DNA of 62,942 bases from Halanaerobiales bacterium (GCA_003551905.1 PUNT01000277.1:1-62942), one strand, 5' to 3'. Shown: positions 47,001-56,555, counted from the first letter of the stretch. Notes: generated by a model from the sequence alone, not told the origin. Translations and numbers: made by a program.

Positions 47001-47666
47001 GTGAAAGTATTGGGAAAAACTGTTGATGCCAGGGAGGCTGCTGGCATGGTAAAAGATGGCATGACAGTGATGATGGGTGGTTTCCTGGGAGTAGGTAGTC
47101 CGGAAAAGGTGATTGACGCTCTACTGGAGACCAGTGTTAAAGAGCTCACAGTTATTGTCAACGATACTGCTTTTCCTGAAAAAGGTGTAGGCAGGCTGGT
47201 GGTGGCTGATAAGCTGGCCCGGGTTCTTACCTCCCACATTGGCACTAATAAATATTCCCGGGAGAAGATGAACAGTGGAGAGTTGAAGGTAGAGCTCATA
47301 CCCCAGGGTACCCTGGCAGAGCAGATCAGGGCCGGGGGAGCCGGCCTGGGAGGAGTTCTTACCCCTACTGGGATAGGTACAGTGGCACAGGAGGGCAAGA
47401 AAATAATCAAGGTTGATGGCAAGGATTATATACTGGCCCTGCCCCTGACTGCCGATGTTGCACTTCTGAAAGCACATAAAGGTGATGAGCTGGGTAACCT
47501 GGTTTACCGGCGCTCTGCACGTAACTTTAACCCCATCATGGCCATGGCAGCCAAAACCGTGATTGCTGAGGTGGAGGAACTGGTAGGGGTGGGAGAGATT
47601 GACCCTGACCAGGTTATTACACCAGGTATATTTGTGGATTATCTGGTGAACGGGAAGGAGGGCTGA
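47001..47666 (+). CDS. 3-oxoacid CoA-transferase subunit A
   Basis: 221 aa. MVKDGMTVMMGGF ... the ELIPQGTLAEQIRAGGAG signature. The start is GTG 47001 or TTG 47010. Confidence 0.9.
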   Translation: MKVLGKTVDAREAAGMVKDGMTVMMGGFLGVGSPEKVIDALLETSVKELTVIVNDTAFPEKGVGRLVVADKLARVLTSHIGTNKYSREKMNSGELKVELIPQGTLAEQIRAGGAGLGGVLTPTGIGTVAQEGKKIIKVDGKDYILALPLTADVALLKAHKGDELGNLVYRRSARNFNPIMAMAAKTVIAEVEELVGVGEIDPDQVITPGIFVDYLVNGKEG

Positions 47667-47668
47667 CA

Positions 47669-48328
47669 ATGGAAAAGGTTGATAAGAGAAACTTAATTGC
47701 CCGACGAATAGCCGGGGAGTTCAAGGAGAATGATGTTGTTAATCTGGGTATAGGTTTGCCAACACTTGTAGCCAATTATATTGAAGAGGGTAAAAATATT
47801 ATCCTGCACTCGGAGAATGGATTTACCGGTGTAGGAATGCCCCCTGCATCAGGAGAAGAAGACCCGGATATTACCAATGCTGGTGGACAGCCAGTCACAA
47901 TAGTTCCCGGTGGAGCCTGTTTTGACAGCGCCATGTCCTTTGCTATCATCAGGGGAGGGCATGTGGATGCAACGGTTCTGGGCGCTTTAGAGGTGGATGC
48001 TGAAGGGAACCTGGCCAACTGGATGATTCCTGGAAAGCTGGTGCCGGGAATGGGTGGGGCAATGGACCTGGTATCCGGCGCAAAAAAAGTTATAATTGCT
48101 ACTGATCATTGCACCAAGGCAGGAGCCCCCAAGATTCTCAAAAGATGTCAGCTCCCCCTAACTGCCGCTAAAGAGGTTGATCTCATAGTAACTGAACTGG
48201 CTGTTATGAAGGTTACAGAAGATGGCCTGGTTTTGCAAGAGATAGCGGAGGATACTACAGTTGAAGAGGTACAGGCCAAGACTGATGCTGAACTTATAAT
48301 TCCTCATGAGATTGGTGTACTCAAATAA
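47669..48328 (+). CDS. 3-oxoacid CoA-transferase subunit B
   Basis: 219 aa. The LHSENG active-site Glu motif and PGMGGAMDLV. Confidence 0.9.
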   Translation: MEKVDKRNLIARRIAGEFKENDVVNLGIGLPTLVANYIEEGKNIILHSENGFTGVGMPPASGEEDPDITNAGGQPVTIVPGGACFDSAMSFAIIRGGHVDATVLGALEVDAEGNLANWMIPGKLVPGMGGAMDLVSGAKKVIIATDHCTKAGAPKILKRCQLPLTAAKEVDLIVTELAVMKVTEDGLVLQEIAEDTTVEEVQAKTDAELIIPHEIGVLK

Positions 48329-48346
48329 AAGAAGGAGGTACTTCCT

Positions 48347-49528
48347 GTGGATAAGGTTGTTATTGTTTCTGCTGTTCGAACAGCAATAGGCACCTATGGA
48401 GGTAGTCTTACTGATTTTCCTGCCTGGAAACTGGGGCAGATGGTCATTGCTGAAGCCATAAAAAGAGCAGGCCTGGAAAAGGATGATATTGATGAAGTAA
48501 TTATGGGCAATATTCTCCAGGCTGGACAGGGCATGCATCCCGCACGGCAGGCCGCTCTTGGGGCTGGCTTGCCGGTAGAAGTGCCAGTCATGACCGTCAA
48601 TAAGGTTTGCGGATCCGGTCTCAAAGCTGTGGTACTGGGTGCTCAGGCAATAAAACTGGGTGATGCAGATGTGGTAGTGGCAGGTGGTATGGAGAGTATG
48701 AGCCAGGCCCCCTATTATCTACTCCAGGCTCGCTGGGGTTACCGCATGGGTCACGGCACCCTTGAGGATGGCATGATCAAGGATGGGCTGTGGTGTTCAC
48801 TGATTGACCAGCATATGGGCAGCACAGCTGAAGCCATAGCAGAAAAATATAATATTTTCAGGGAGGAGCAGGATCGTTTTGCCCTGGAAAGCCAGGAGAG
48901 AGCTCAGAAAGCTATCCAGGAAGAATGGTATAAAGAGGAGATAGTGGCAGTTGAAGTCCCTCAACGTAAAAAGGATCCCTTAATTTTTGCAGTTGATGAG
49001 CATCCCCGGGCTGGATTGTCCCTGGAGAAACTGGGGAAAATGAAGCCAGCCTTCAAAAAAGATGGGACAGTAACTCCCGGTAACGCTTCTGGTATTAATG
49101 ATGGAGCGGCAGCCCTGGTAATAATGAAGGAATCCCGGGCCAGAGAATTGGGCATAACTCCCATGGCAACCCTGGAGGGTTATGCTTCAGCAGGTGTTGA
49201 GCCCAGATATATGGGTATGGGGCCTGTGCCAGCGGTGCAGAAAGTTCTGCAAAAGACTGGCTATCAACTTGCGGATATTGACCTCATTGAAGCCAATGAA
49301 GCATTTGCTGTCCAGAGTCTGGCAGTGATAAAGGAGCTGGGATTGGATCCGGCAGTTACCAACGTAGGAGGAGGAGCCATAGCTTTAGGGCACCCCATTG
49401 GAGCCAGCGGAGCCCGGATTCTCATAACCTTGCTCCATCACCTTAAGAGAACTGATAAGAAGAGAGGTCTGGCAACCCTGTGTATTGGGGGAGGTATGGG
49501 TATTGCTGCCATAGTGAATAGGGAGTAG
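48347..49528 (+). CDS. Acetyl-CoA C-acetyltransferase (thiolase II)
   Basis: 393 aa. [12 protein letters not shown] (active-site Cys), [28 protein letters not shown] and CIGGGMG. Confidence 0.95.
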   Translation: MDKVVIVSAVRTAIGTYGGSLTDFPAWKLGQMVIAEAIKRAGLEKDDIDEVIMGNILQAGQGMHPARQAALGAGLPVEVPVMTVNKVCGSGLKAVVLGAQAIKLGDADVVVAGGMESMSQAPYYLLQARWGYRMGHGTLEDGMIKDGLWCSLIDQHMGSTAEAIAEKYNIFREEQDRFALESQERAQKAIQEEWYKEEIVAVEVPQRKKDPLIFAVDEHPRAGLSLEKLGKMKPAFKKDGTVTPGNASGINDGAAALVIMKESRARELGITPMATLEGYASAGVEPRYMGMGPVPAVQKVLQKTGYQLADIDLIEANEAFAVQSLAVIKELGLDPAVTNVGGGAIALGHPIGASGARILITLLHHLKRTDKKRGLATLCIGGGMGIAAIVNRE

Positions 49529-49537
49529 TTTTCCAGG

Positions 49538-49580
49538 CTCCATCTCCTAGTGCAGGAGGTGGGGCCTTTACTTTATTGTA
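49538..49580 (+). terminator. Possible terminator after the thiolase gene
   Basis: GGCTCCATCTCCT-AGTGC-AGGAGGTGGGGCC (13 bp including 2 G-U pairs) followed by TTTACTTTATT. Confidence 0.4.
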
Positions 49581-49638
49581 ATAGCAGAAATTTTCAGTTA
49601 TAATATGAACAGATAAAGGAAGGGAGTTGAGCCAGAAA

Positions 49639-51375
49639 ATGCGTAAGACTAAGATAGTGGCACCTCTGGGACCGGCTTCCTGGGACCTGCCAACTATAGA
49701 AAAATTAACTGAGGTTGGAGTTAATGTTTTTCGTCTCAACCTATCCCATGGGACCCATGAAGATCACTTTCAGGCACTGAAAAATATTGGAAAAGGAAAA
49801 AACTCAGTTGCAGTAATGCTGGATACCATGGGGCCGGAAATCCGGACAGGTTTGATGGAAAAAGAGGTAACGCTGGATAGGGGACAGAAGTTTTTACTTA
49901 CCACAAGAGAAGTCATTGGTGATAAGGACAGAGTCACAGTTTCCCACAGGGAATTGCCTCTGGAGGTTGAGCCTGGGGTTAGGATTCTCCTTTCTGATGG
50001 TTTAATTGAACTGGAGGTCCTGGAGGTTCAGGGTGAAAATATTAAATGCCTGGTACTGAATGGAGGCACACTTAACTCTCGAAAGGGAGTCAATGTGCCT
50101 GGTGTGAAGAGCAATCTCCCTTCTCTCACAGAAAAAGATCGAAAAGATATTGAATTTGGCATTGCTAATGATGTGGATTTTATTGCTGCTTCTTTTATCC
50201 GTAGAGCCCAGGATGTCCTGGCCATTAGAAAGATACTGGAAGAGAATGTTTCAGAAGCTCAAATTATTGCCAAGATTGAAAATCAATCCGGGGTAGAAAA
50301 TATAGACGAAATTCTGGAGGTAGCCGATGGTATTATGGTAGCTCGGGGTGATATGGGAGTTGAGCTGCCGGCAGAGAAGGTGCCCATGATTCAAAAGCAG
50401 ATTATTCAGAAGTGCAACCGGGCGGGCAAGCCGGTGATTACAGCCACCCAGATGCTGGAGTCCATGATTAACAATCCCCGGCCCACCAGGGCAGAGGCCA
50501 GTGATGTGGCCAATGCCATCCTGGATGGTACCGATGCTACCATGCTTTCTGCTGAAACTGCGGCCGGAAAGTATCCTGTGGAGTCGGTGGAAACCATGAG
50601 CCGTATTGCCCGGGAAACAGAAAGCTCTTTACCATACCGCTACAACATACTGGAACGAGATACAGTTGCTGCTAAGAAGAGTGTTACTGATTCCATAAGC
50701 CATGCTACTTATTCAGCAGCCATGAACCTGGGTGCTGCTGCCATCATCAGCTCTACCCGCTCCGGTCACACTGCAAGGATGGTTTCCAAATACAGGCCTG
50801 CTGCTCCCATAATCGGGGCTACTCCCAACAGGAAGGTAGCAAGGCAGCTCATGCTCTCCTGGGGTGTTTACCCTATCTATGTAAAGTCTACAGAGAATAC
50901 TGATGAAATGATTGAAGCATCAGTGCAGGGAGCCCTGGAAGCCGGTTTTATACAATCTGGGGATTTGGTATTGATAACAGCTGGTACGCCGGCAGGGATT
51001 CAAGGGTCAACCAATCTCCTTAAAGTTCATACAGTAGGGGAAATAATTGGCAGGGGAACTGGTATAGGAAAAGAACCTGTTGAGGGCATCATACGTATAG
51101 CCCGGAGTTCAAAAGAAGCCCTGGATAAGGTTGAAGACGGTGATATACTGGTAGCAGAAGAAACTGATAAAGATTTTGTGCCGGCCATGGAAAGAGCAGG
51201 TGCAATAATTACCCGGGAGGGAGGAATAACCTCCCACACTGCAATAGTTGGGTTGAGCCTGGGCATTCCTGTTATTGTAGGTGTAGAGAATGCTCTTATG
51301 CTTCCTGATGGTGAGAAAGCTACAATAGATGCAGTCAGAGGGTTGATCTACAGAGGTAAGGCGAAAGTCCTATAA
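49639..51375 (+). CDS. pyk: Pyruvate kinase with a C-terminal PEP-utilizer mobile domain
   Basis: MRKTKIVAPLGPAS, NLSHG, MVARGDMGVE and the C-terminal GGITSHTAIVG domain, as in Bacillus-type Pyk. The ORF-track TTG at 49627 is an alternative start. Confidence 0.9.
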   Translation: MRKTKIVAPLGPASWDLPTIEKLTEVGVNVFRLNLSHGTHEDHFQALKNIGKGKNSVAVMLDTMGPEIRTGLMEKEVTLDRGQKFLLTTREVIGDKDRVTVSHRELPLEVEPGVRILLSDGLIELEVLEVQGENIKCLVLNGGTLNSRKGVNVPGVKSNLPSLTEKDRKDIEFGIANDVDFIAASFIRRAQDVLAIRKILEENVSEAQIIAKIENQSGVENIDEILEVADGIMVARGDMGVELPAEKVPMIQKQIIQKCNRAGKPVITATQMLESMINNPRPTRAEASDVANAILDGTDATMLSAETAAGKYPVESVETMSRIARETESSLPYRYNILERDTVAAKKSVTDSISHATYSAAMNLGAAAIISSTRSGHTARMVSKYRPAAPIIGATPNRKVARQLMLSWGVYPIYVKSTENTDEMIEASVQGALEAGFIQSGDLVLITAGTPAGIQGSTNLLKVHTVGEIIGRGTGIGKEPVEGIIRIARSSKEALDKVEDGDILVAEETDKDFVPAMERAGAIITREGGITSHTAIVGLSLGIPVIVGVENALMLPDGEKATIDAVRGLIYRGKAKVL

Positions 51376-51389
51376 TAAGGAGAGAAACC

Positions 51390-51776
51390 ATGTTATATAA
51401 GATGATATTGTTGTTCACCCTTTTTCCCCTCATTGAGCTTTATCTTCTCATAGTTTTGGGGACCCGAATCGGGGCCGGTTATACGGTACTTATTGTGGCG
51501 GTGACAGGGGTTCTTGGTGCTGCTCTTACCCGTTCTCAGGGATTGGGAATATTACAGCGGATAAAGCGAGAATCGGAGTATGGCAATATACCTGGTGATG
51601 AAATACTCCAGGGACTCTTGATTCTCATTGGTGGAGCTCTTCTTCTCACGCCAGGTTTAATTTCTGATGTGGCCGGTTTTGTCCTGGTACTGCCAGTAAC
51701 CCGGATTATGCTTGTCAACTGGTTGAAGAACCGGGGGATACAGTACCTGCAGGTTAGAGGGTACTGGGGAAGTTAG
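51390..51776 (+). CDS. fxsA: FxsA family membrane protein
   Basis: 128 aa. LFPLIELYLLIVLGTRIG and LLLTPGLISD are typical FxsA segments. Confidence 0.8.
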   Translation: MLYKMILLFTLFPLIELYLLIVLGTRIGAGYTVLIVAVTGVLGAALTRSQGLGILQRIKRESEYGNIPGDEILQGLLILIGGALLLTPGLISDVAGFVLVLPVTRIMLVNWLKNRGIQYLQVRGYWGS

Positions 51777-51802
51777 AACAAAGTGCTTTGAGGGGTGTAG
51801 TT

Positions 51803-53560
51803 ATGCTTTTACAGGCCAGGGGCATAAATAAGTCATATAACGGGTTGCAAGTTTTGAAAGGGATTTCTTTTGATATTAATAATGGAGAAAAGGTGGCTCT
51901 CATTGGGCCTAATGGTGGAGGAAAAACAACTCTATTGCGCATACTGGTCGGTCGGGACCAGGATTTTCAAGGTAGTCTTTACTACCCCACCAAAACCCCG
52001 GTTTTTTACCTGCCCCAGACTTTCCATTTTCCTGGAGATACCACGGTGAAGGAAGTGCTCCTGCAGGAAAATATGCATATAATGGAATTAAAAAGAAGAA
52101 TGGAAGAGATGGAAAGCAACCTGGATAATCAGGAAAAAATAAGGGTGTACGGGGAGTTAATGACAGAGTTTGAAGCCCGGGGAGGGTACAGCCTGGAAGC
52201 CAGGCTCAAAGAGATATGTCAGCGTTTTTTATGGGGAGATGAAGTTTTGCATCTCCCTTTTGACTCTTTGAGTGGAGGAGAGAAGACCAGGGTTTTTCTA
52301 GCCCAGGGTTTTCTCCAGGAGGCTTCCTTTATGATCCTGGATGAACCCACCAACCACCTGGATATCAAGGCTCTAGAATGGCTTGAGCAGGTGATCAACA
52401 GTTTTCCCGGAACAATACTTTACGTTTCTCATGACCGGGCTTTTATGGATGGAACTGCCCATAAAATACTGGAACTGGATAGGGGAGAAATGAAAGAATA
52501 TCCCGGTGGATACCATAAATATAAAGAGCAGAAAGAGCTGGAATTAGAGACTCAATGGCGTATATATGAAAAAGAGCGTAAGGAAAAGAAAAAACTCAAG
52601 GAACTTGCTGAACAGAAGATGAGCTGGTTCCATATTGCCCACAAAGCTGCCGGCAAAAGTGATTCAGCCAGGCGATTGGCCAAGAAAGTTGCCCGATCTG
52701 CCAAAGCCCACCTTTGTCGTCTGAATAGATTGGAGGAAGGGAGGACAGAGAAACCTTATGTCAAAAAGCCATTGAAAATGGAAATTGACAGCGGGAAAAA
52801 AGGTGTAAGCATTGCATTTTTGCAAAATGTCTCCATATGGAGGGGAAGAAGGTTGATTGTCAAGGATCTCACCCTGCATTTGGAACGAGGAGATAAGCTG
52901 GCAGTTATTGGTCCTAATGGTTCCGGGAAAAGCACCCTTTTAAGACTACTATGTGGAGAAAAGCTCAAGATACAAGGTGAAGTGCACTTGAGTCCTGGTC
53001 TGAAAATTGGTTACCTGCAGCAGGAGTTGGAGAATATTGAAGAAAGCATTTCACCAGTTGAGGATTTGATGCAGGAGGGTGTGGAACAAAAAGAAGCCTG
53101 GACTATACTGGCTTCTCTGGGGCTTCGGGGTGAAGAGAGTATCAAGAAGATGAGATATCTTTCTCCCGGACAGCGATTGCGAGCTGTTATGGCCAGGTTT
53201 GTTGCCAGCCCACCGGATTTTTTAATTCTGGATGAGCCCACCAATTACCTGGATATAGAGACGCGAGAGAGCCTGGAGATGGCCCTATTTGAATACAGGG
53301 GAACCGGTATATATTCCTGTCATGATCGATATTTTCTCCGGGGACTGGCCAGCAAGGTTGTGGATTTACAGAACCCACATAAGCCTGTTGTTTTCCCGGG
53401 AGAATACAGACACTATGAGGAAAATAGAAGTTTTTCAGAAGCAGATCTCATAAAAGATATGCGCTTTGCAGAAATAACTGCTCGACTGGGGCAGGAGAAC
53501 CTTTCTCCTGAAGAAAAGGAGTACTGGGAAGGCAGGTACAGGGATCTCTCAAAGGAGTAA
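51803..53560 (+). CDS. ABC-F family ATPase (two ABC domains, no TM domain)
   Basis: Two Walker A motifs (GPNGGGKTT, GPNGSGKST), LSGGE and LSPGQ signatures, and a charged linker. The ATG at 51803 follows GAGGGGTG. Confidence 0.85.
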   Translation: MLLQARGINKSYNGLQVLKGISFDINNGEKVALIGPNGGGKTTLLRILVGRDQDFQGSLYYPTKTPVFYLPQTFHFPGDTTVKEVLLQENMHIMELKRRMEEMESNLDNQEKIRVYGELMTEFEARGGYSLEARLKEICQRFLWGDEVLHLPFDSLSGGEKTRVFLAQGFLQEASFMILDEPTNHLDIKALEWLEQVINSFPGTILYVSHDRAFMDGTAHKILELDRGEMKEYPGGYHKYKEQKELELETQWRIYEKERKEKKKLKELAEQKMSWFHIAHKAAGKSDSARRLAKKVARSAKAHLCRLNRLEEGRTEKPYVKKPLKMEIDSGKKGVSIAFLQNVSIWRGRRLIVKDLTLHLERGDKLAVIGPNGSGKSTLLRLLCGEKLKIQGEVHLSPGLKIGYLQQELENIEESISPVEDLMQEGVEQKEAWTILASLGLRGEESIKKMRYLSPGQRLRAVMARFVASPPDFLILDEPTNYLDIETRESLEMALFEYRGTGIYSCHDRYFLRGLASKVVDLQNPHKPVVFPGEYRHYEENRSFSEADLIKDMRFAEITARLGQENLSPEEKEYWEGRYRDLSKE

Positions 53561-53589
53561 ATTCAATACAAGGAAGGAGTTGAAAGGAG

Positions 53590-54390
53590 TTGAAAAGAGC
53601 CCTTGTTACGCTTACGGTGAGTGAAAGTAAGAGGTTGATTGCCAGGAGTGTGGTTTCATTGCCAGAGATTCAAAAAGCCCGGGAAAAAGGCTATATTATT
53701 GTTGCCGGAGGTACCACCAACGGGTATGTGGTAGAGGAATTAATTGGAGAGAAGATAGCCAAGGAAAAATATACAGCAGGAATAATCTGTGGAGGGAGAG
53801 CTTGTATTACTCCGGAAGAGACAAGAATTGCCCCTGTAGTTTTAAAGGATGGTAAAATGGTGACAGAAGATTGGACAGAAGCTGTCAACAGGTTTGGCAG
53901 GGATGATGTTTTCATCAAGGGCGCCAGTGCTATTGATTTTGATGGGGTGGCCGGCGTTCTCATGGCCAGCCCGGCTGGAGGAACCATTGGTAAAGCCTTA
54001 CCCATTGTATCTGCCAGAGGATCCCATTTAATTATTCCAGTTGGCCTGGAAAAACTAATACCTTCAGTGCCGGAAGCAGCTAATCTCATGGGTATTGACG
54101 TTCTAGAACAGGGGATTGGCAAAAAGGTAGGACTTATGTGCGTTGATTATGGAGAATTAATAACTGAGATAGAGGCCCTTGAAATCCTGGCCGGCGTGGA
54201 TGTGATTCCTGCTGCAGCCGGTGGCGTTGGTGGAACTGAAGGAGGGCAAACTCTCATCCTTATAGGTGATGATGAGGAGCTAGAAGATGCTCTTGAAATA
54301 GTAAAGGGGATAAAAGGGGAACCACCTTTATTGGATAACAAGACAGCCTGCCCCTGCAGTTCTCCGTGTATGCAGCCCCTGGAAGGGTAG
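53590..54390 (+). CDS. Hypothetical protein (266 aa) with a C-terminal CPCSSPC motif
   Basis: A long ORF with a TTG start after AAGGAG. Gly-rich segments (VAGGTTNG, AAAGGVGGTEGG). No family recognised. Confidence 0.5.
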   Translation: MKRALVTLTVSESKRLIARSVVSLPEIQKAREKGYIIVAGGTTNGYVVEELIGEKIAKEKYTAGIICGGRACITPEETRIAPVVLKDGKMVTEDWTEAVNRFGRDDVFIKGASAIDFDGVAGVLMASPAGGTIGKALPIVSARGSHLIIPVGLEKLIPSVPEAANLMGIDVLEQGIGKKVGLMCVDYGELITEIEALEILAGVDVIPAAAGGVGGTEGGQTLILIGDDEELEDALEIVKGIKGEPPLLDNKTACPCSSPCMQPLEG

Positions 54391-54497
54391 ATAGGTTTAA
54401 CCTGATTATTTTGTAGTAATTATGCCAGTGTGAGCAGCAAAAAAGTATTAAAACCATCATTTCTTTCTGGTTCGTTCTCTATATCTAATAACATCAC

Positions 54498-54526
54498 TTT
54501 ACACAGGCTTTCACTTATATTATAAT
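54498..54526 (+). promoter_or_regulatory. Putative sigma-A-type promoter of tRNA-Leu
   Basis: TTTACA (54498..54503), a 17-nt spacer, then TATAAT (54521..54526), 14 nt before the tRNA 5' end. Confidence 0.5.
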
Positions 54527-54540
54527 GAAAGCGGTAAGGT

Positions 54541-54629
54541 GCCGAAGTGGTGGAATTGGCAGACGCGCCGGACTCAAAATCCGGTGGGGCTTAAACCCCG
54601 TGCGGGTTCGACTCCCGCCTTCGGCACCA
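54541..54629 (+). tRNA. tRNA-Leu (anticodon CAA), class II with a long variable arm and an encoded CCA
   Basis: Acceptor stem GCCGAAG/CTTCGGC. Anticodon stem CCGGA/TCCGG with loop CTCAAAA. Variable arm GGGGC-TTAAA-CCCCG... T arm GCGGG-TTCGACT-CCCGC. Discriminator A followed by CCA. Confidence 0.9.
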
Positions 54630-54666
54630 ATTTTTGATTAAGCCAATATAGGTATAGATTTATAGC

Positions 54667-54691
54667 CAGGAGTTTCAAGCTCCTGTTTTTT
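54667..54691 (+). terminator. Rho-independent terminator after tRNA-Leu
   Basis: CAGGAG-TTTCAAG-CTCCTG followed by TTTTTT. Confidence 0.65.
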
Positions 54692-54761
54692 CTTATCCAA
54701 CTCCCAACCATGCCAATATTATTAATTCTATAGTATAAATTTAAAATATAAAACAAAATAA

Positions 54762-54809
54762 AAGAAGTCCCTGTTCACCTTCTAGAGGTAAACAGGGACT
54801 TCTTTTTTT
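54762..54809. terminator. Long bidirectional hairpin terminator downstream of the 54811..55347 minus-strand gene
   Basis: AAGAAGTCCCTGTT ... AACAGGGACTTCTT (14-bp perfect stem), flanked by an A-rich tract on the left and a T-run on the right. Confidence 0.7.
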
Positions 54810-54810
54810 G

Positions 54811-55347
54811 CTACCAGGAAACTTTATAGGTGCAGCTATCAGCACCCTGTTTCCGGCAGGGTTGTGAGTCATCATGGGCAACTTTGAATTTATGTTTTTC
54901 AGTAAACTTGCCACCCATTGCTGCAATCAATCCTCTGTCAAAGTCACAGGGATAGGGATTGCGGCAGACCATTTTTCCCTGATTTTCCCCTGTCTTTTCA
55001 AATATATAATCTCCTATTTCTCCGTCCTTGTGATTAAACTGATAGGCTTCATTTATGGCATGCAAACCTTTTTCTACAGTATCAATTTCAGGAGGGAATA
55101 CTGCATTTTCTGGGATCTTTTTCCCTATTGCATATAGGGTGGCTGGTCCTAGACTATCAGAAATTTGCTTGAAAGCGTCCAACCATGCCTGCTGTGAGTA
55201 CCACTCTCCAGGTTTAGGTTCTTTTATGCCACATGATTCTAAGATGTGTAATGCTTTTTCCTTATAGAGCCCTAAACCATCAACGATAGCTAACACTGTT
55301 TCTCCATTAACCTTAACCTGTGGTTCAAAGGCTTTAAATACAGTCAT
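54811..55347 (-). CDS. Hypothetical protein (178 aa)
   Basis: An ORF of normal composition. SD-like AAAGGAG upstream. No family recognised. Confidence 0.5.
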   Translation of the reverse strand: MTVFKAFEPQVKVNGETVLAIVDGLGLYKEKALHILESCGIKEPKPGEWYSQQAWLDAFKQISDSLGPATLYAIGKKIPENAVFPPEIDTVEKGLHAINEAYQFNHKDGEIGDYIFEKTGENQGKMVCRNPYPCDFDRGLIAAMGGKFTEKHKFKVAHDDSQPCRKQGADSCTYKVSW

Positions 55348-55637
55348 ATTATGCTCCTTTCTGTTAATTGTTTCCTTTGACTAAAGATTTTGAAATATGA
55401 ACTTATCACCCCCTGCAACAGGAGATTATTAAATTGCTTTTTTAATATATCGGCAAAAATTTTTTATATGATAAATAAACTAGTTCTAGTTTACCAGATA
55501 GGTCCATTATTCCAGGGCTGGGAATTGTTAACGCAATTACTAACTAATACTAGTAAAAAAAAGAACTTGTCTGTATAGGTCTATATATTAAGCTAAAAAA
55601 TATAATGAAAACCAATGAAAGGAGGAGTTTTCCTAAG

Positions 55638-55826
55638 ATGCCTCAGAGAATTAGCCAGATGGAGCTTCAGAACCTACGAGAACTAATTAGTGATCACCAG
55701 ACGGGAGCTACCAAACTTCAGGAGTACGCCCAGCAATGTACAGATCAACAGTTGAAACAGATGCTGCAACAATCTGCCCAGTCTGCCCAACAGACTACAC
55801 AAAAATTGATGTCATTTCTGCAATAA
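55638..55826 (+). CDS. Small Gln-rich helical protein, possibly CotF-related spore coat protein
   Basis: MPQRISQMELQNLRELISDHQTGATKLQEYAQQC.... It lies upstream of a Coat_F-like gene. The ORF track starts at 55605. Confidence 0.5.
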   Translation: MPQRISQMELQNLRELISDHQTGATKLQEYAQQCTDQQLKQMLQQSAQSAQQTTQKLMSFLQ

Positions 55827-55841
55827 CAAGGAGGTGCTGAT

Positions 55842-56093
55842 ATGAAAGACAAAGAAATTGCCAATGACGTGCTCTCAATGGTGAAAAGCAGTTTGACCAC
55901 ATATTCAAAAGCCATTGCTGAGTCTGATAATCAACAACTACGGCAAACACTATCCCAGATTCGAAATTCTGATGAACAATTTCAGTATGAGTTAGCTCAA
56001 CTGTCTTCACAAAAAGGGTACTATCAATCTGCCGGGCAGGCTTCCCAGCAGGATATCCAGCAAACTCGTACTCAGTTGCAGCCCAGAGAGTAG
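55842..56093 (+). CDS. Spore coat protein, CotF (Coat_F) family
   Basis: 83 aa. DKEIANDVLSMVKSSLTTYSKAIAESDNQQLRQTLSQI resembles the Coat_F domain. SD AAGGAGG upstream. Confidence 0.7.
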   Translation: MKDKEIANDVLSMVKSSLTTYSKAIAESDNQQLRQTLSQIRNSDEQFQYELAQLSSQKGYYQSAGQASQQDIQQTRTQLQPRE

Positions 56094-56098
56094 ACTAA

Positions 56099-56141
56099 AC
56101 TCAAGAGCTGGCTTTTCAAGTCTGCTCTTGAGTCTGTTTTT
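56099..56141 (+). terminator. Rho-independent terminator after the cotF-like pair
   Basis: ACTCAAGAGC ... GCTCTTGAGT (10-bp stem) followed by CTGTTTTT. Confidence 0.65.
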
Positions 56142-56213
56142 CTCAGATAATTACATAATTAAGAAAACTGGGGGGGGGGATAGCCTATTAATCCAGTAAA
56201 GAAGTTATGTCTT

Positions 56214-56555
56214 TTGGCTTTAGGAACAATGGCCATTGTCATGGGTAGTGTTGGCATTATGGTCCGGCTATTGCCCACTTCACCTTTTATGATCCTGGCC
56301 CTCTGGTGTTATTCGCAGGCTTCACCTGAACTATATAAGCGGTTAACCGCCACAAAATTGTATGAAAAATACCTCAGTGACGTTTGGGAAAAAAAAGGTT
56401 TATCTCTAAAATCCAAGATAGTGATTCTGGCCTGGGTCTGGTTTGTTTTCATATTGATAGTAATCAATATTTCAAACTCTTTCCTTAAAGTTTTATTGAT
56501 CAGTTTGAGTGTCATCAAGACCTGTTTTTTCATATTTATCATTAAGACTCTGTAG
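56214..56555 (+). CDS. YbaN (DUF454) family membrane protein
   Basis: 113 aa. LLPTSPFMILALWCYSQASPELYKRL is the DUF454 pattern. TTG start, uncertain. Confidence 0.7.
   Translation: MALGTMAIVMGSVGIMVRLLPTSPFMILALWCYSQASPELYKRLTATKLYEKYLSDVWEKKGLSLKSKIVILAWVWFVFILIVINISNSFLKVLLISLSVIKTCFFIFIIKTL

Noticed and set aside
54630-54810. tRNA-Leu was considered as the left boundary of an integrated mobile element.
   Set aside because: No integrase, recombinase or phage gene follows. By eye I found no direct repeat of the tRNA 3' end downstream. This is retained only as a low-key context note.
55390-55578. A 62-aa ORF in the AT-rich gap before the cotF-like genes.
   Set aside because: It has no SD and an Asn/Leu/Ile-rich translation typical of AT-rich non-coding DNA. 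It more likely contains the promoter region of the coat genes.
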